Counted from the first letter of the stretch, positions 45,309 through 54,380 are shown. The stretch: 64,000 nucleotides of DNA from Pseudomonadota bacterium (GCA_003577275.1 QEVO01000007.1:68840-132839), one strand, 5' to 3'. A program made the numbers and translations. The notes: generated from the sequence alone by a model not told the origin.

Positions 45309-47678
45309 TTAGAATTGGTACATCACGCTGGCGCCAAATTCCCGCGGTCTGCCAGCTTTCTGAACGTCGTAAAAGCCAAGGGTTGCCGATCCGTCAAGAC
45401 CGGACGTGATGTAATCCTTGTTGGTCAGATTCTGACCGAATACCGCCAGCCGCCAATGTCCGGATTCATCCTCAAAGGTGATGCGCGCGTCGACCAGACT
45501 ATAGCCATCCTGGGCGATGTTTTCCGAATTGGTGGCTTCGGGGTAGAATTTGGAGCGGTAGGAATAATCACCGCGGAAGGTCAGCTTGCCCAGATTGGAC
45601 AACGGCACCGTGTACTGCGCCGCCAGATTGAGCGTCCATTTGGGCGAGCGCATGAACTCCGCATCTATGGAAATCGGCACGCCCGGGTCGAGCTCCTTGA
45701 ACTTCGTGCTCAAATAACCAACGCCGCCCGAGAGTTCAAAATTCTCCACCGGCAGCGCCTGCATTTCCAGTTCAAAGCCCTGGGTTCTCGCCTTGGCGGC
45801 ATTATCCACCAGAACGGTCACGCTGCCGTTCGGATTGACGACGCCGACGGTCATCTGAATATCCGAATAGTCGTTATAGAAGACTGCGCCATTCAGCCGC
45901 AGGCGGCGCTCAAGCCATTCCGATTTCACCCCTGCTTCATACGATAAGACTTTTTCCGGATCGAAGGAGGTGAAGGCCGCCGCGTCGAAGGAGCGCCCGT
46001 TGTATCCGCCGCTCTTGAAGCCATGCGCCACGGAGCCGTAGACCATGACATCAGGGGTAATGCGGTACTCAAGCCCGGCCTTGGGCGAGGTGGACGACCA
46101 GGTATCCTTAAGATTGGTATTGGGCGGAGCGATATTCGCGCCGCTGTTCACCCGCCGACTGAGGACGGAGAGATAGTCTTTCGTCTCCCGGGTGTGACGG
46201 ATGCCCAGCGTTACGCTGAGCTCATCGGTCAGCGCGAAGCTGCCTTGGGCAAAAGCGGCGTAGCTGTCGATCTTGATCTTGTTGACAAATAGGAAATCTA
46301 GGTCAAAGCCGACGTTATAAGGGTTGCCGGCGCCGCCCAGGCATGGCGCGGGGAAGGGCGCAGGACAGACCACGCCTGGCGCCAAGGGAATGACGGCGGC
46401 GGGCAAGGCTTCCAGCGCGTTATAAAGGCCGCCAAACACCGTGCCGTTATTAATTTCCGTTGCCGACTCATGGAGATAATAGCCGCCCACCAACCAGTTC
46501 AGTCGATCATTGAAAGACAGGCCGGAGACTTGCAGCTCCTGGCTGAACTGCTCCTGGTCCAGATCATAATCCGCGCCATTCAGCACCATTGGCGTGCCGT
46601 CCGCATCGCGGCCGACAAAGCTGTCCATCGTGCGGTAGGCGGAAATGGATTTCACCGTGACCACCCCCGGCGACCAAGTGAGTGTCAGATGGCCGCCGTA
46701 AATATCCTGATCCGAGCGGTTGGTGCCGGTGGCGTAGCTATCATACCGGCCTTCGGTGGTAAAGTCGTCGGTGAGCGGCGTGCCGGCTGGCCCACCCACC
46801 AGCATATTCCATATGCCGGCGAATGCCGCACCGGCAATATTGTTGTAGGTCACCTTGACCGGGATGCCTTGGTCGCGATTGATGGTGAAATCAAAGCCGA
46901 GATCGGCGGTAAGGGTTTCGCTCAATTCAGCGCGCAGGCCTAAGCGGCCGGTGACATCCTCGACGCCGCCGGCTTCCGCAACCTTGGCGCCATCGGGATA
47001 GGACAGCCGCTTGCCAAACCCTCCCTTGTGCTTATAGGAAAACGCCGCCTTCCCCGCCACTTTGTCGCCCAACGGGCCGGACAGGTAGCCGCGAGCCTCG
47101 TACCGTTCCCGCTCGCCGGCGATGACTTCCAGACGTCCGGTCGTCACCTTGCTGGGCGTGGTGGTGACGATGTTGAGCGCGCCGCCGATGGTGTTCTTAC
47201 CAAACAGCGTGCCCTGGGGCCCGCGCAACACTTCGATGCGCTCGATATCCATCAGATCCATGATGCCGCCGGTTGAGCGGGCGACATAGACGCCATCGAC
47301 ATAGGTGCCGACGCCGGGGTCCGTGGTAATGATGAAGTCGTAAGCGCCGATGCCGCGGATGAAGATGGAAGCAGTGCTGGGGCTGGCGCTGTTGCCGGCG
47401 CCAAGACCGATATCCAGATTGGGCACATAGCGCGCGATCTGATCCAAGGCATCCATCGTGCGATCCCTGAGCCCATCGGCGCTGAACGCGGTCACCGATA
47501 CCGGCGTTTCCTGCAAGCGTTCTTCGCGCTTACGCGCCGTCACCAGAATTTCTTCTAACGACACGCTAGCATCGGCGCTCAGCGCCGGCGTCATGGGATA
47601 AAGCGCTGCTCCAACCAGCGCGCACAACGCAACATCAGTAATATACCCACGGCGGCGATTCCGATTTATCTGTCTCAT
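45309..47678 (-). CDS. TonB-dependent receptor
   Basis: 789 aa with a signal peptide. LEEILVTARKREERLQETPVSVTAF and RIEVLRGPQGTLFGKNTIGGALNI. C-terminal ...FGASVMYQF. Confidence 0.9.
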   Translation of the reverse strand: MRQINRNRRRGYITDVALCALVGAALYPMTPALSADASVSLEEILVTARKREERLQETPVSVTAFSADGLRDRTMDALDQIARYVPNLDIGLGAGNSASPSTASIFIRGIGAYDFIITTDPGVGTYVDGVYVARSTGGIMDLMDIERIEVLRGPQGTLFGKNTIGGALNIVTTTPSKVTTGRLEVIAGERERYEARGYLSGPLGDKVAGKAAFSYKHKGGFGKRLSYPDGAKVAEAGGVEDVTGRLGLRAELSETLTADLGFDFTINRDQGIPVKVTYNNIAGAAFAGIWNMLVGGPAGTPLTDDFTTEGRYDSYATGTNRSDQDIYGGHLTLTWSPGVVTVKSISAYRTMDSFVGRDADGTPMVLNGADYDLDQEQFSQELQVSGLSFNDRLNWLVGGYYLHESATEINNGTVFGGLYNALEALPAAVIPLAPGVVCPAPFPAPCLGGAGNPYNVGFDLDFLFVNKIKIDSYAAFAQGSFALTDELSVTLGIRHTRETKDYLSVLSRRVNSGANIAPPNTNLKDTWSSTSPKAGLEYRITPDVMVYGSVAHGFKSGGYNGRSFDAAAFTSFDPEKVLSYEAGVKSEWLERRLRLNGAVFYNDYSDIQMTVGVVNPNGSVTVLVDNAAKARTQGFELEMQALPVENFELSGGVGYLSTKFKELDPGVPISIDAEFMRSPKWTLNLAAQYTVPLSNLGKLTFRGDYSYRSKFYPEATNSENIAQDGYSLVDARITFEDESGHWRLAVFGQNLTNKDYITSGLDGSATLGFYDVQKAGRPREFGASVMYQF

Positions 47679-47813
47679 TGTTCTCCCCTATCTTGGTGGC
47701 TGGATTGTCCGAAGCTCGATTTATTGATTTTTTTAGGCATTGCCGACAGCGCGCATCTTATGGCCGCGTCGCTGCACTATAGTTCATAGTACCCCAGAAC
47801 CTGAGATATGCAG

Positions 47814-47829
47814 CTGTCAGTTTTGACAG
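47814..47829. promoter_or_regulatory. lux-type box (a): CTGTCAGTTTTGACAG
   Basis: CTGTCA-N4-TGACAG inverted repeat (CTG-N10-CAG), about 136 nt upstream of the TBDR start (47678) and 44 nt after the luxR-solo stop. Confidence 0.45.
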
Positions 47830-47872
47830 ATACGGGCCTGCTCTATGGTAGGAAGCTCACGAACAGAGCCGG

Positions 47873-48604
47873 TTAATGCACCGGCCCCAGGAGGCCAAGG
47901 TAGGATGCCCGGGCGATGGCGTGAACGCGATTGGTTGCCCCCAGCTTTTCACACACCTTGCCCAGGTGGAAGCGTACGGTGCGTTCCGACAAACTCATAA
48001 TCGTGGCAATTTCATCCAGCGTCTTGCCATGGGCGGCCAGGGACAGGCATTCATTCTCACGATCAGAGAGAGGATCGGCGACCAACTCCCTCGGCGTGAC
48101 CTTCTTAATCAGGTCGGCCATGCAACGATGCGACAACGCCAGCAGGTGATTTTCATGATGCCTGTTGCGCTCCATCAATTCTTGGACAGGCAAATAGGAG
48201 GAAAATACGATATAGCCAAATCCTCCGAGCGCCGAGTGGACCGGGATAGATACCCCGGAGCGCACGCCCAGCTCCTGCACGCAACGGTTAAACAAGCTGA
48301 TTTGCATGGCGCTGGAAGTTTTGCCAAGACCAACAATTAAATTCGGCTTGGTATCATATCCCCACCACACCGGCAGCGTGGTTTGCAAACAAGCCTGGTA
48401 CACCGGGTCAAGTTTATACCATTCGTCATGCAGATAATGATCTTGCCACGACGGATCGATATTGGATTCCGCGGACATGCCGAGCATCGTCGGACGCTGC
48501 ATCGCGCCATATCTATCCCGAGCCCGCGGCGCATAGACCATGCCCGCGCCCATGAAATCCTGTGTCGATCTTTGCTGATAAAGCGTTGAGAGTGCTTGTA
48601 TCAA
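47873..48604 (-). CDS. LuxR-family transcriptional regulator with N-terminal autoinducer-binding domain (LuxR solo 1)
   Basis: 243 aa. The autoinducer-domain-like region reads EWYKLDPVYQACLQTTLPVWWGY...GVSIPVHSALGGFGYIVF. The C-terminal HTH reads LSDRENECLSLAAHGKTLDEIATIMSLSERTVRFHLGKVCEKLGATNRVHAIA. There is no luxI-type synthase in the window. Confidence 0.85.
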   Translation of the reverse strand: MIQALSTLYQQRSTQDFMGAGMVYAPRARDRYGAMQRPTMLGMSAESNIDPSWQDHYLHDEWYKLDPVYQACLQTTLPVWWGYDTKPNLIVGLGKTSSAMQISLFNRCVQELGVRSGVSIPVHSALGGFGYIVFSSYLPVQELMERNRHHENHLLALSHRCMADLIKKVTPRELVADPLSDRENECLSLAAHGKTLDEIATIMSLSERTVRFHLGKVCEKLGATNRVHAIARASYLGLLGPVH

Positions 48605-48705
48605 GACACGTCTCCAATCACCTCGTGCACATTATTTTGTTATGTTTGAGTTTGAAAAAATGCTCCCATAACTTCGTCGGAAAGTCCAGAACCCATCAAG
48701 GGTCG

Positions 48706-48721
48706 GTGTCAAAACTGACAG
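48706..48721. promoter_or_regulatory. lux-type box (b): GTGTCAAAACTGACAG
   Basis: It is the reverse complement of box (a) except for one base. It lies in the divergent region between luxR solo 1 (start 48604) and the SDR gene (start 48797). Confidence 0.45.
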
Positions 48722-48796
48722 TTGCCCATAGTGATCGATGCCCCCAGGTATATGCTCATGACCATTAGCCGATCGCAATTCATGGATAAATAATCG

Positions 48797-49567
48797 ATGA
48801 AAATCAAAGGGATAGGAGCTATTATCACCGGCGCAGGCTCGGGCATGGGAATGGCCACGGCCAAGATGCTGGCGCAGGCCGGGGCGCGCGTCGCCTTCTT
48901 GGACATCAATGAAGGCGGCATCCGCGACGCTGCCAAGGATGCGGGCGGCGTCGCCCTTCCCTGCAATGTCGCGGACCCCAAGAGCCTGGAGCGGGCCATA
49001 GCCGACGCCATTTCCGCGGTGGGACCGGCGCGCATCCTGGTGACCTGCGCCGGAGTGGGACGGATGGAGCCGCTGATCGGCAGGGATAACGCCGAAGCGT
49101 ATAGCCAAATGGTCGACACCGTCATGGTCAATCTCATCGGCACGCTCAATGCCGTGCGTCTGGTGGCCAATGATCTGGCGCGACAGCCGCCGCTTGATGA
49201 TGGATCGCGGGGCGCGATGATCATGGTGGCCTCTGGCGCGGCTTTCGATGGCGTGCCGCAATCCGTACCCTACACGGCATCCAAGGGCGCGGTCGTCAGC
49301 ATGACCTTGGCGCTGGCGCGGGAGTTCGGCGATCTTGGCATCCGCGTCAACACCATCAGCCCCGGCGCTTTCGCCACCCCCATGATCAAAGCCGCGCCGA
49401 AGGAGATGCTGGACGTCATCAAAAACACAACGCCGTTTCCAAAACGGCCCGGCGTGCCAGAGGAATTTGCGGCTCTTGCTCTTCATATCTGCGAGAATGA
49501 TTTCATGAATGGCTCCGTGTTGCGCTTGGATGGCGCACACCGAACGGGTTATTTTTCCAATGGTTGA
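48797..49567 (+). CDS. Short-chain dehydrogenase/reductase (SDR, 3-hydroxyacyl-CoA dehydrogenase-like)
   Basis: 256 aa. AIITGAGSGMGMATA, VASGAA and YTASKGAVVSM (YxxxK). Confidence 0.9.
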   Translation: MKIKGIGAIITGAGSGMGMATAKMLAQAGARVAFLDINEGGIRDAAKDAGGVALPCNVADPKSLERAIADAISAVGPARILVTCAGVGRMEPLIGRDNAEAYSQMVDTVMVNLIGTLNAVRLVANDLARQPPLDDGSRGAMIMVASGAAFDGVPQSVPYTASKGAVVSMTLALAREFGDLGIRVNTISPGAFATPMIKAAPKEMLDVIKNTTPFPKRPGVPEEFAALALHICENDFMNGSVLRLDGAHRTGYFSNG

Positions 49568-49589
49568 GAGGGCTTAATCTTGCCCTCTC
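49566..49589. terminator. Hairpin between convergent SDR and M19-like genes (possible bidirectional terminator)
   Basis: GAGAGGGC-N8-GCCCTCTC, an 8-bp perfect stem that overlaps the SDR stop codon and lies 12 nt from the M19-like (P2) stop. Confidence 0.45.
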
Positions 49590-49600
49590 TTCCATCCCGC

Positions 49601-50704
49601 TCACGCAACAAAAATTTCCTTGAAGGCGCGCACGAAATTGCCGCCTAGGATTCCGGAAATATCCTGATCGCTGTAGCCGCGGCGGATCAATCCTTCCACC
49701 AAGACCCTCACCCGATCGTGGCCGCACAACTCGGGGATATCCATGCTGCGTTCACGATTTAGATAGGATACCTGCCCGGTGACCCCTTTGACATTATTGC
49801 ATGGATCAAAGCCGATCATTGGCGTCTCAAGGCCCAAGCCCACATGCCGGGGACCAATCAGCTGACAAACGTGGTCGAAGTGATCAATCACATGTTCGAC
49901 CGTTACCGGATCTTGAGGCCGCACCATGGGCCGCCAGTACATCAACCCGATGACGCCGCCGGTTGCGGCCAACGCCTTCAACATCTCATCAGAATTATTG
50001 CGCGAGGAAGGACAAATCGCCGCGGCATTGCCGTGAGTTATCAGCACCGGCCTTGACGAGGCGTCCATTGTCTCGCGCCGAGTCTTTAGCCCACAGTGCG
50101 ACACATCCACCGCCATGCCGATACTGTTCATCCGCTCCACCACGGCGCGGCCGAAGCGGCTCAGCCCGGCATCGCGATCATCGCCTTCATCGGTAGCCGT
50201 TCCTATCCGGCTCTGCGCAAAGCAAGTCAACAGCGCATGACGCAACCCCACTTCCGAATAGAAAAAGTTGATGTCATCGAGCGTGCGGAAAATCGCGCTG
50301 GCATTATGGGTGCCCACGAGGAATCCAATACGGCCGCTTTTCTGCGCCTTATCGAACGACTCTCTCTTGGTCAGCAGCATCATGTCATCCGCATGATCGG
50401 CGACAAAGGTATTCCAGCGGCCAAATACGCGCAGCGCTTCCTGCATCGGATTGGCGACCGGGCCCATGTTGGAAAAATCAAGAAACGGCTGCGGCACCAG
50501 AATGGCGTTGTATCCTTGTTTACGCCAATCGTCGATCATAATCTCCTCCAGCGGCTCAAGGCCGGTGAAGTTCATGCGAATGCCGCCATCGACGTGACTG
50601 ACGGTGGCTTCCGTAGCATTAAATACAAATGATTCCTCAACCAGCCTGGCGGCATGGTCCCAAGTCTTGCTGCTGCTATTGGCGGCTGTCGCTGTCTTAG
50701 TCAT
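49601..50704 (-). CDS. Peptidase M19 family protein, non-canonical (P2; tandem array member)
   Basis: 367 aa. GMAVDVSHCGLKTRRETMD, PVLITHGNAAAICPSSRNNSDEML, GPRHVGLGLETP and LIRRGYSDQDISGILGGNFVRAFKEIFVA. The N-terminus reads SFVFNATEA where DGHND is expected. Confidence 0.8.
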   Translation of the reverse strand: MTKTATAANSSSKTWDHAARLVEESFVFNATEATVSHVDGGIRMNFTGLEPLEEIMIDDWRKQGYNAILVPQPFLDFSNMGPVANPMQEALRVFGRWNTFVADHADDMMLLTKRESFDKAQKSGRIGFLVGTHNASAIFRTLDDINFFYSEVGLRHALLTCFAQSRIGTATDEGDDRDAGLSRFGRAVVERMNSIGMAVDVSHCGLKTRRETMDASSRPVLITHGNAAAICPSSRNNSDEMLKALAATGGVIGLMYWRPMVRPQDPVTVEHVIDHFDHVCQLIGPRHVGLGLETPMIGFDPCNNVKGVTGQVSYLNRERSMDIPELCGHDRVRVLVEGLIRRGYSDQDISGILGGNFVRAFKEIFVA

Positions 50705-50779
50705 GATATTTCCCCGATATGCGTTAAGGGTCGAAACTATTCACGCCGACGATTCTAGGAGGCAAGGGGCCACTGGCAG

Positions 50780-50795
50780 CTGTCAGTTCCGACAA
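50780..50795. promoter_or_regulatory. lux-type box (c), degenerate: CTGTCAGTTCCGACAA
   Basis: It lies about 76 nt upstream of the P2 start (50704). The left half-site is perfect and the right half-site has 2 mismatches. Confidence 0.35.
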
Positions 50796-50836
50796 AAATG
50801 AAGCAGTCATACCCGAATGAGAGGGAAAATTCAGCG

Positions 50837-50886
50837 ATAAAAAAACGCAAAGCAGCACGGCGGTACGCTTAATTGTACCACCGTGC
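50837..50886 (-). terminator. Rho-independent terminator after the P4-P3 pair
   Basis: The minus strand reads GCACGGTGGTAC-N8-GTACCGCCGTGC, a 12-bp stem with 1 mismatch, followed by TGCTTTGCGTTTTTTTATC. It lies about 110 nt after the P3 stop (50997). Confidence 0.65.
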
Positions 50887-50996
50887 CAGATATCGTCCTG
50901 TTGGCAACCTTGCTTATTATTTTAAATGCTGACGCATAAAATCCAGGGCAAGTCCTCTTCGAATGAAGCTATGTGTCAATCTGTCGTTAATTCCAT

Positions 50997-52115
50997 TTAA
51001 GCGACAAAGATTTCCTTAAAGACTCGCACAAAATTGCCACCTAGGATTCCAGTAATATCCTGGTCGCTGTAACCGCGACGAAGCAGTCCTTCCACCAGGG
51101 TTCGCACCCGATCGGCGCCACACAGCTCGGGAATGTCCATGCTGCGAACTTGCTTTAAGTACGACACTTGCCGCGCCGGACCCATGGAATTTTCGCAAGC
51201 GTCAAAACCGACCATCGGCGTTTCAAGCCCTAATCCTACGTGCTGCGGGCCAATAAGTTGGCACACGTGATCAAAGTGATCGAGCACATGCTCGACCGTC
51301 ACCGGGTCTTCCAGCCGCACCATGGGTCGCCAGAACATCAGGCCAATGACGCCGCCAGTTGCGGCCATCGCCTTCAACATCTCATCGGAATTGTTGCGCG
51401 AGGTGGGGCAGATCGCGGCCGCATTGCCGTGGGTGATCAATACCGGCTTTGATGAAGCGTCCATGGTCTCGCGCCGGGTTTTAAGTCCGCAGTGCGATAC
51501 GTCCACCGCCATGCCGAGGGAATTCATGCGCTCCACCACGGCGCGGCCGAAACGGGTCAAGCCGCCGTCGCGGCCGTCGCCTTCATCAGCAGAGGTGCCG
51601 ATCCGATTTTGGCCAAAACAGGTTAAGAGCGCATGCCGCAGCCCCACTTCCGAATAGAAAAAATTGATATCGTCCAGTGTGCGGAAAATCTCGCCGCCAC
51701 AGTGGGTTCCCACCAGAAGACCGATGCGGCCGCTTTTTTGCGCCTTGTCAAAGGACTCCCGCTTGGTCAGCAGCATCATGTCATCGGCATGATCGGCAAC
51801 AAAGGTGTTCCAACGCCCAAACACGCGCAATGCTGTCTCCAGCGGATTAGCGACCGGTCCCATATGGGCCGGGTCAAGAAATCCCTGCGGTATCAAAATG
51901 GCGTTATAGCCCTCCTTGCGGTATTCATCAATCAGTCGGTTGGTCAAGGGCCCGCTGCCCGTGAAATCCATGATATGCTTGCCATCAATCTCATGGGCAG
52001 GGGCCTCCGTGGTATTGAACACGAATGACTGCTCAACCAGCCTGGCCGCATGGTCGCGTGTTTCATTCATGGTATCAGCAGTCGCTGCTGTCTTAGCCAT
52101 TGTACTTCCTATCAT
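50997..52115 (-). CDS. Peptidase M19 family protein, non-canonical (P3; tandem array member)
   Basis: 372 aa, collinear with P2 and P4. GMAVDVSHCGLKTRRETMD and ...ILGGNFVRVFKEIFVA. The N-terminus reads SFVFNTTEA. Confidence 0.8.
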   Translation of the reverse strand: MIGSTMAKTAATADTMNETRDHAARLVEQSFVFNTTEAPAHEIDGKHIMDFTGSGPLTNRLIDEYRKEGYNAILIPQGFLDPAHMGPVANPLETALRVFGRWNTFVADHADDMMLLTKRESFDKAQKSGRIGLLVGTHCGGEIFRTLDDINFFYSEVGLRHALLTCFGQNRIGTSADEGDGRDGGLTRFGRAVVERMNSLGMAVDVSHCGLKTRRETMDASSKPVLITHGNAAAICPTSRNNSDEMLKAMAATGGVIGLMFWRPMVRLEDPVTVEHVLDHFDHVCQLIGPQHVGLGLETPMVGFDACENSMGPARQVSYLKQVRSMDIPELCGADRVRTLVEGLLRRGYSDQDITGILGGNFVRVFKEIFVA

Positions 52116-52144
52116 CTGTTAAGTGTTTGCGCTGCGCCTAGTTT

Positions 52145-53248
52145 CTAGGCGACAAAGATTTCCTTGAAAGCGCGCACGAAATTGCCGCCCAATATTCCGG
52201 CAATATCCTGATCGCTGTATCCGCGGCGGATCAGTCCTTCTACCAGCGTCCGCACCCTGTCATGGCCGCATAACTCGGGAATATCCATACTGCGAACCTG
52301 TTTTAAGTACGACACTTGCCGCGCCGGCGTCATGGTATTCTCGCAGTTATCAAAGCCGACAACCGGCGTCTCGAACCCCAAGCCCACATGTTGCGGGCCG
52401 ATCAGTTGACAGACATGATCGAAGTGATCAAGCAGGTGTTCGATCGTCACCGGATCCTCCAGCCGCACCATGGGCCGCCAGAACATCAACCCGACGACGC
52501 CGCCCGTGGCCGCCATCGCCTTCAACATTTCATCGGAATTGTTGCGCGAAGAGGGGCAAATCGCCGCGGCATTGCCATGGGTGATCAATACCGGCTTCGA
52601 GGAGGCGTCTATGGCTTCGCGACGAGTCCTAAGCCCGCAGTGGGATACGTCCACCGCCATGCCGATGCTGTTCATGCGCTCCACCATGGCGCGGCCGAAG
52701 CGGGTCAGCCCGCCGTCGCGGTCGTCGCCCTCGTCTACGGAAGTGCCCACTCTGTTTTGCCCAAAGCAAGTGAGCAGCGCATGGCGCAATCCCATTTCGG
52801 TATAGAAAAAGTCGATATCATCCAGGGTGCGAAAAATTTCACCGGCGTGATGGGTTCCCACCAAGAATCCAATGCGACCTGTCTGTTGCGCCCTATCAAA
52901 TGATTCGCGTTTGGTCAGCAGCATCATGTCATCGGCATGATCGGCGACATAGGTATTCCAGCGGCCGAATACCCGCAAACACATCTCCCGCATGTTGGCG
53001 GCCGGACACATGTTGGAGGGATCAAGGAATCCTTGCGGAATCAGGATCGCGTTATACCCCTGCTGACGCCATTCGTCGATCAGACGCTCTTCCAATGGCT
53101 CCAGTCCAACGAAATTAACCCGTGGTTTGCCGGAGGCGTAACTGACGGATGCTTCCGTCGTGTTGAACACGAATGACTCGGCGACCAACCGCGCCGCATG
53201 TTCGCGCGCGTCACCTTCGTTGCTGCTTTTTACCGCTGCCTTGGCCAT
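52145..53248 (-). CDS. Peptidase M19 family protein, non-canonical (P4; tandem array member)
   Basis: 367 aa. GMAVDVSHCGLRTRREAID and ...ILGGNFVRAFKEIFVA. A 29-nt gap to P3 suggests co-transcription. Confidence 0.8.
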   Translation of the reverse strand: MAKAAVKSSNEGDAREHAARLVAESFVFNTTEASVSYASGKPRVNFVGLEPLEERLIDEWRQQGYNAILIPQGFLDPSNMCPAANMREMCLRVFGRWNTYVADHADDMMLLTKRESFDRAQQTGRIGFLVGTHHAGEIFRTLDDIDFFYTEMGLRHALLTCFGQNRVGTSVDEGDDRDGGLTRFGRAMVERMNSIGMAVDVSHCGLRTRREAIDASSKPVLITHGNAAAICPSSRNNSDEMLKAMAATGGVVGLMFWRPMVRLEDPVTIEHLLDHFDHVCQLIGPQHVGLGFETPVVGFDNCENTMTPARQVSYLKQVRSMDIPELCGHDRVRTLVEGLIRRGYSDQDIAGILGGNFVRAFKEIFVA

Positions 53249-53358
53249 ATGATATCCCCAATATAATATTTAACTAGGTGCTGTGCGCATTGTTCTGCCG
53301 GCTATCTCATGCGCCATGCTTGCCCGATCAATTCTAAAGAACAATGCAGTATTCACAG

Positions 53359-53374
53359 CTGTCACATCCGACAG
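53359..53374. promoter_or_regulatory. lux-type box (d): CTGTCACATCCGACAG
   Basis: It lies about 110 nt upstream of the P4 start (53248) and 36 nt after the luxR solo 2 stop. Confidence 0.4.
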
Positions 53375-53409
53375 GCTGAACAGAATGAATAAAATGAACG
53401 CAATAGAGC

Positions 53410-54153
53410 CTAGTGAATGGGCCCCAGCAGCCCGAGATAGGAAGCGCGAGCGATGGCGTGCGTACGGTTAACCGTGCCCAGCTTATCGCAGGCATTGCCC
53501 AGATGGAAGCGGACAGTGCGCTCGGAAAGGTCGAGGATAACCGCAATATCTTCCAAAGTCTTGCCATGAGCCGCCAGCGTCAAACATTCAACTTCGCGGG
53601 AAGATAATGAAATCCCCACAGGTTTTGACACTTCGACATGATTAATGATCTTGGAAAAATAGCGATGCGCCAATGACATGATCTGGTCTTGATGGTGCTC
53701 GTTGCGGTCGAGAAGTTCCTGAATAGGTATGCAAGAAGGAAAAACGATATACCCGAAACCGCCCAACGCGGAGTGGAGCGGGATCGATACGCCAGAACGG
53801 ACCCCCACTCTCTCGGCGCAGCTATGGAACAAACTGACCTGCGCGGCGCTGGATGTCTTGCCAAGTCCCACGATCAAATTTGGCTTGGTGTCATACCCCC
53901 ACCATACCGGCAACGTCGTCGTCAAGCATGCCTGGTAGACCGGATCGATTTTGTAGTGTTCGTGTTGGAGATAATAGTCGCCCCACCAGGGAGCGAGCTC
54001 GCATTGCGACGACATGGTAATAAGCGTTGGCCGCTGCATGGCGCCGGAACGATCGCGGGCGCGAGGCGCATAACTCAAACACGCGCCTTCAAAGTCCGTA
54101 ATGGCGACTTCCTCGTATAGCGATGACAGGGATTCGGTTACAATGCCGCTCAC
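53410..54153 (-). CDS. LuxR-family regulator with autoinducer-binding domain (LuxR solo 2)
   Basis: 247 aa, collinear with solo 1. HYKIDPVYQACLTTTLPVWWGYDTKPNLIVGLGKTSS is near-identical. The HTH reads LSSREVECLTLAAHGKTLEDIAVILDLSERTVRFHLGNACDKLGTVNRTHAIA. Confidence 0.85.
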   Translation of the reverse strand: MSGIVTESLSSLYEEVAITDFEGACLSYAPRARDRSGAMQRPTLITMSSQCELAPWWGDYYLQHEHYKIDPVYQACLTTTLPVWWGYDTKPNLIVGLGKTSSAAQVSLFHSCAERVGVRSGVSIPLHSALGGFGYIVFPSCIPIQELLDRNEHHQDQIMSLAHRYFSKIINHVEVSKPVGISLSSREVECLTLAAHGKTLEDIAVILDLSERTVRFHLGNACDKLGTVNRTHAIARASYLGLLGPIH

Positions 54154-54299
54154 TGCATGACCTCATCCAGCTTGTGCCCGCCCGCGCCAGCGGTCCACCT
54201 ACAGCCCGTCAAGACGGCTGCTTCAGTATCAATTTTCTCTAGCCGGCAGTAAAATGCTCACACAGCTTACCAGCATTGTCCAGATTTTATCCGGAACAA

Positions 54300-54315
54300 G
54301 TGTCAGAAGTGACAG
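54300..54315. promoter_or_regulatory. lux-type box (e): GTGTCAGAAGTGACAG
   Basis: It lies about 150 nt upstream of the luxR solo 2 start (54153) and 66 nt after the acyl-CoA synthetase stop. Confidence 0.4.
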
Positions 54316-54380
54316 GTGGGCTGCCGCCGGCCCTGGGTGTAAAATTTATATTATTATAATTCAATGAGTTATATTTATCT

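Noticed and set aside
48632-49540. 302-aa minus-strand ORF overlapping the SDR gene at 48797..49567
   Set aside because: The plus-strand SDR has TGxxxGxG and YxxxK motifs. The minus-strand product is Arg/His/Gly-rich with no recognisable domain. The same reasoning rejects the long antisense ORFs at 25560..26300, 26887..27627, 27708..28721, 32871..33602, 37410..38123, 43258..44190, 54804..55886 and 60520..61377.
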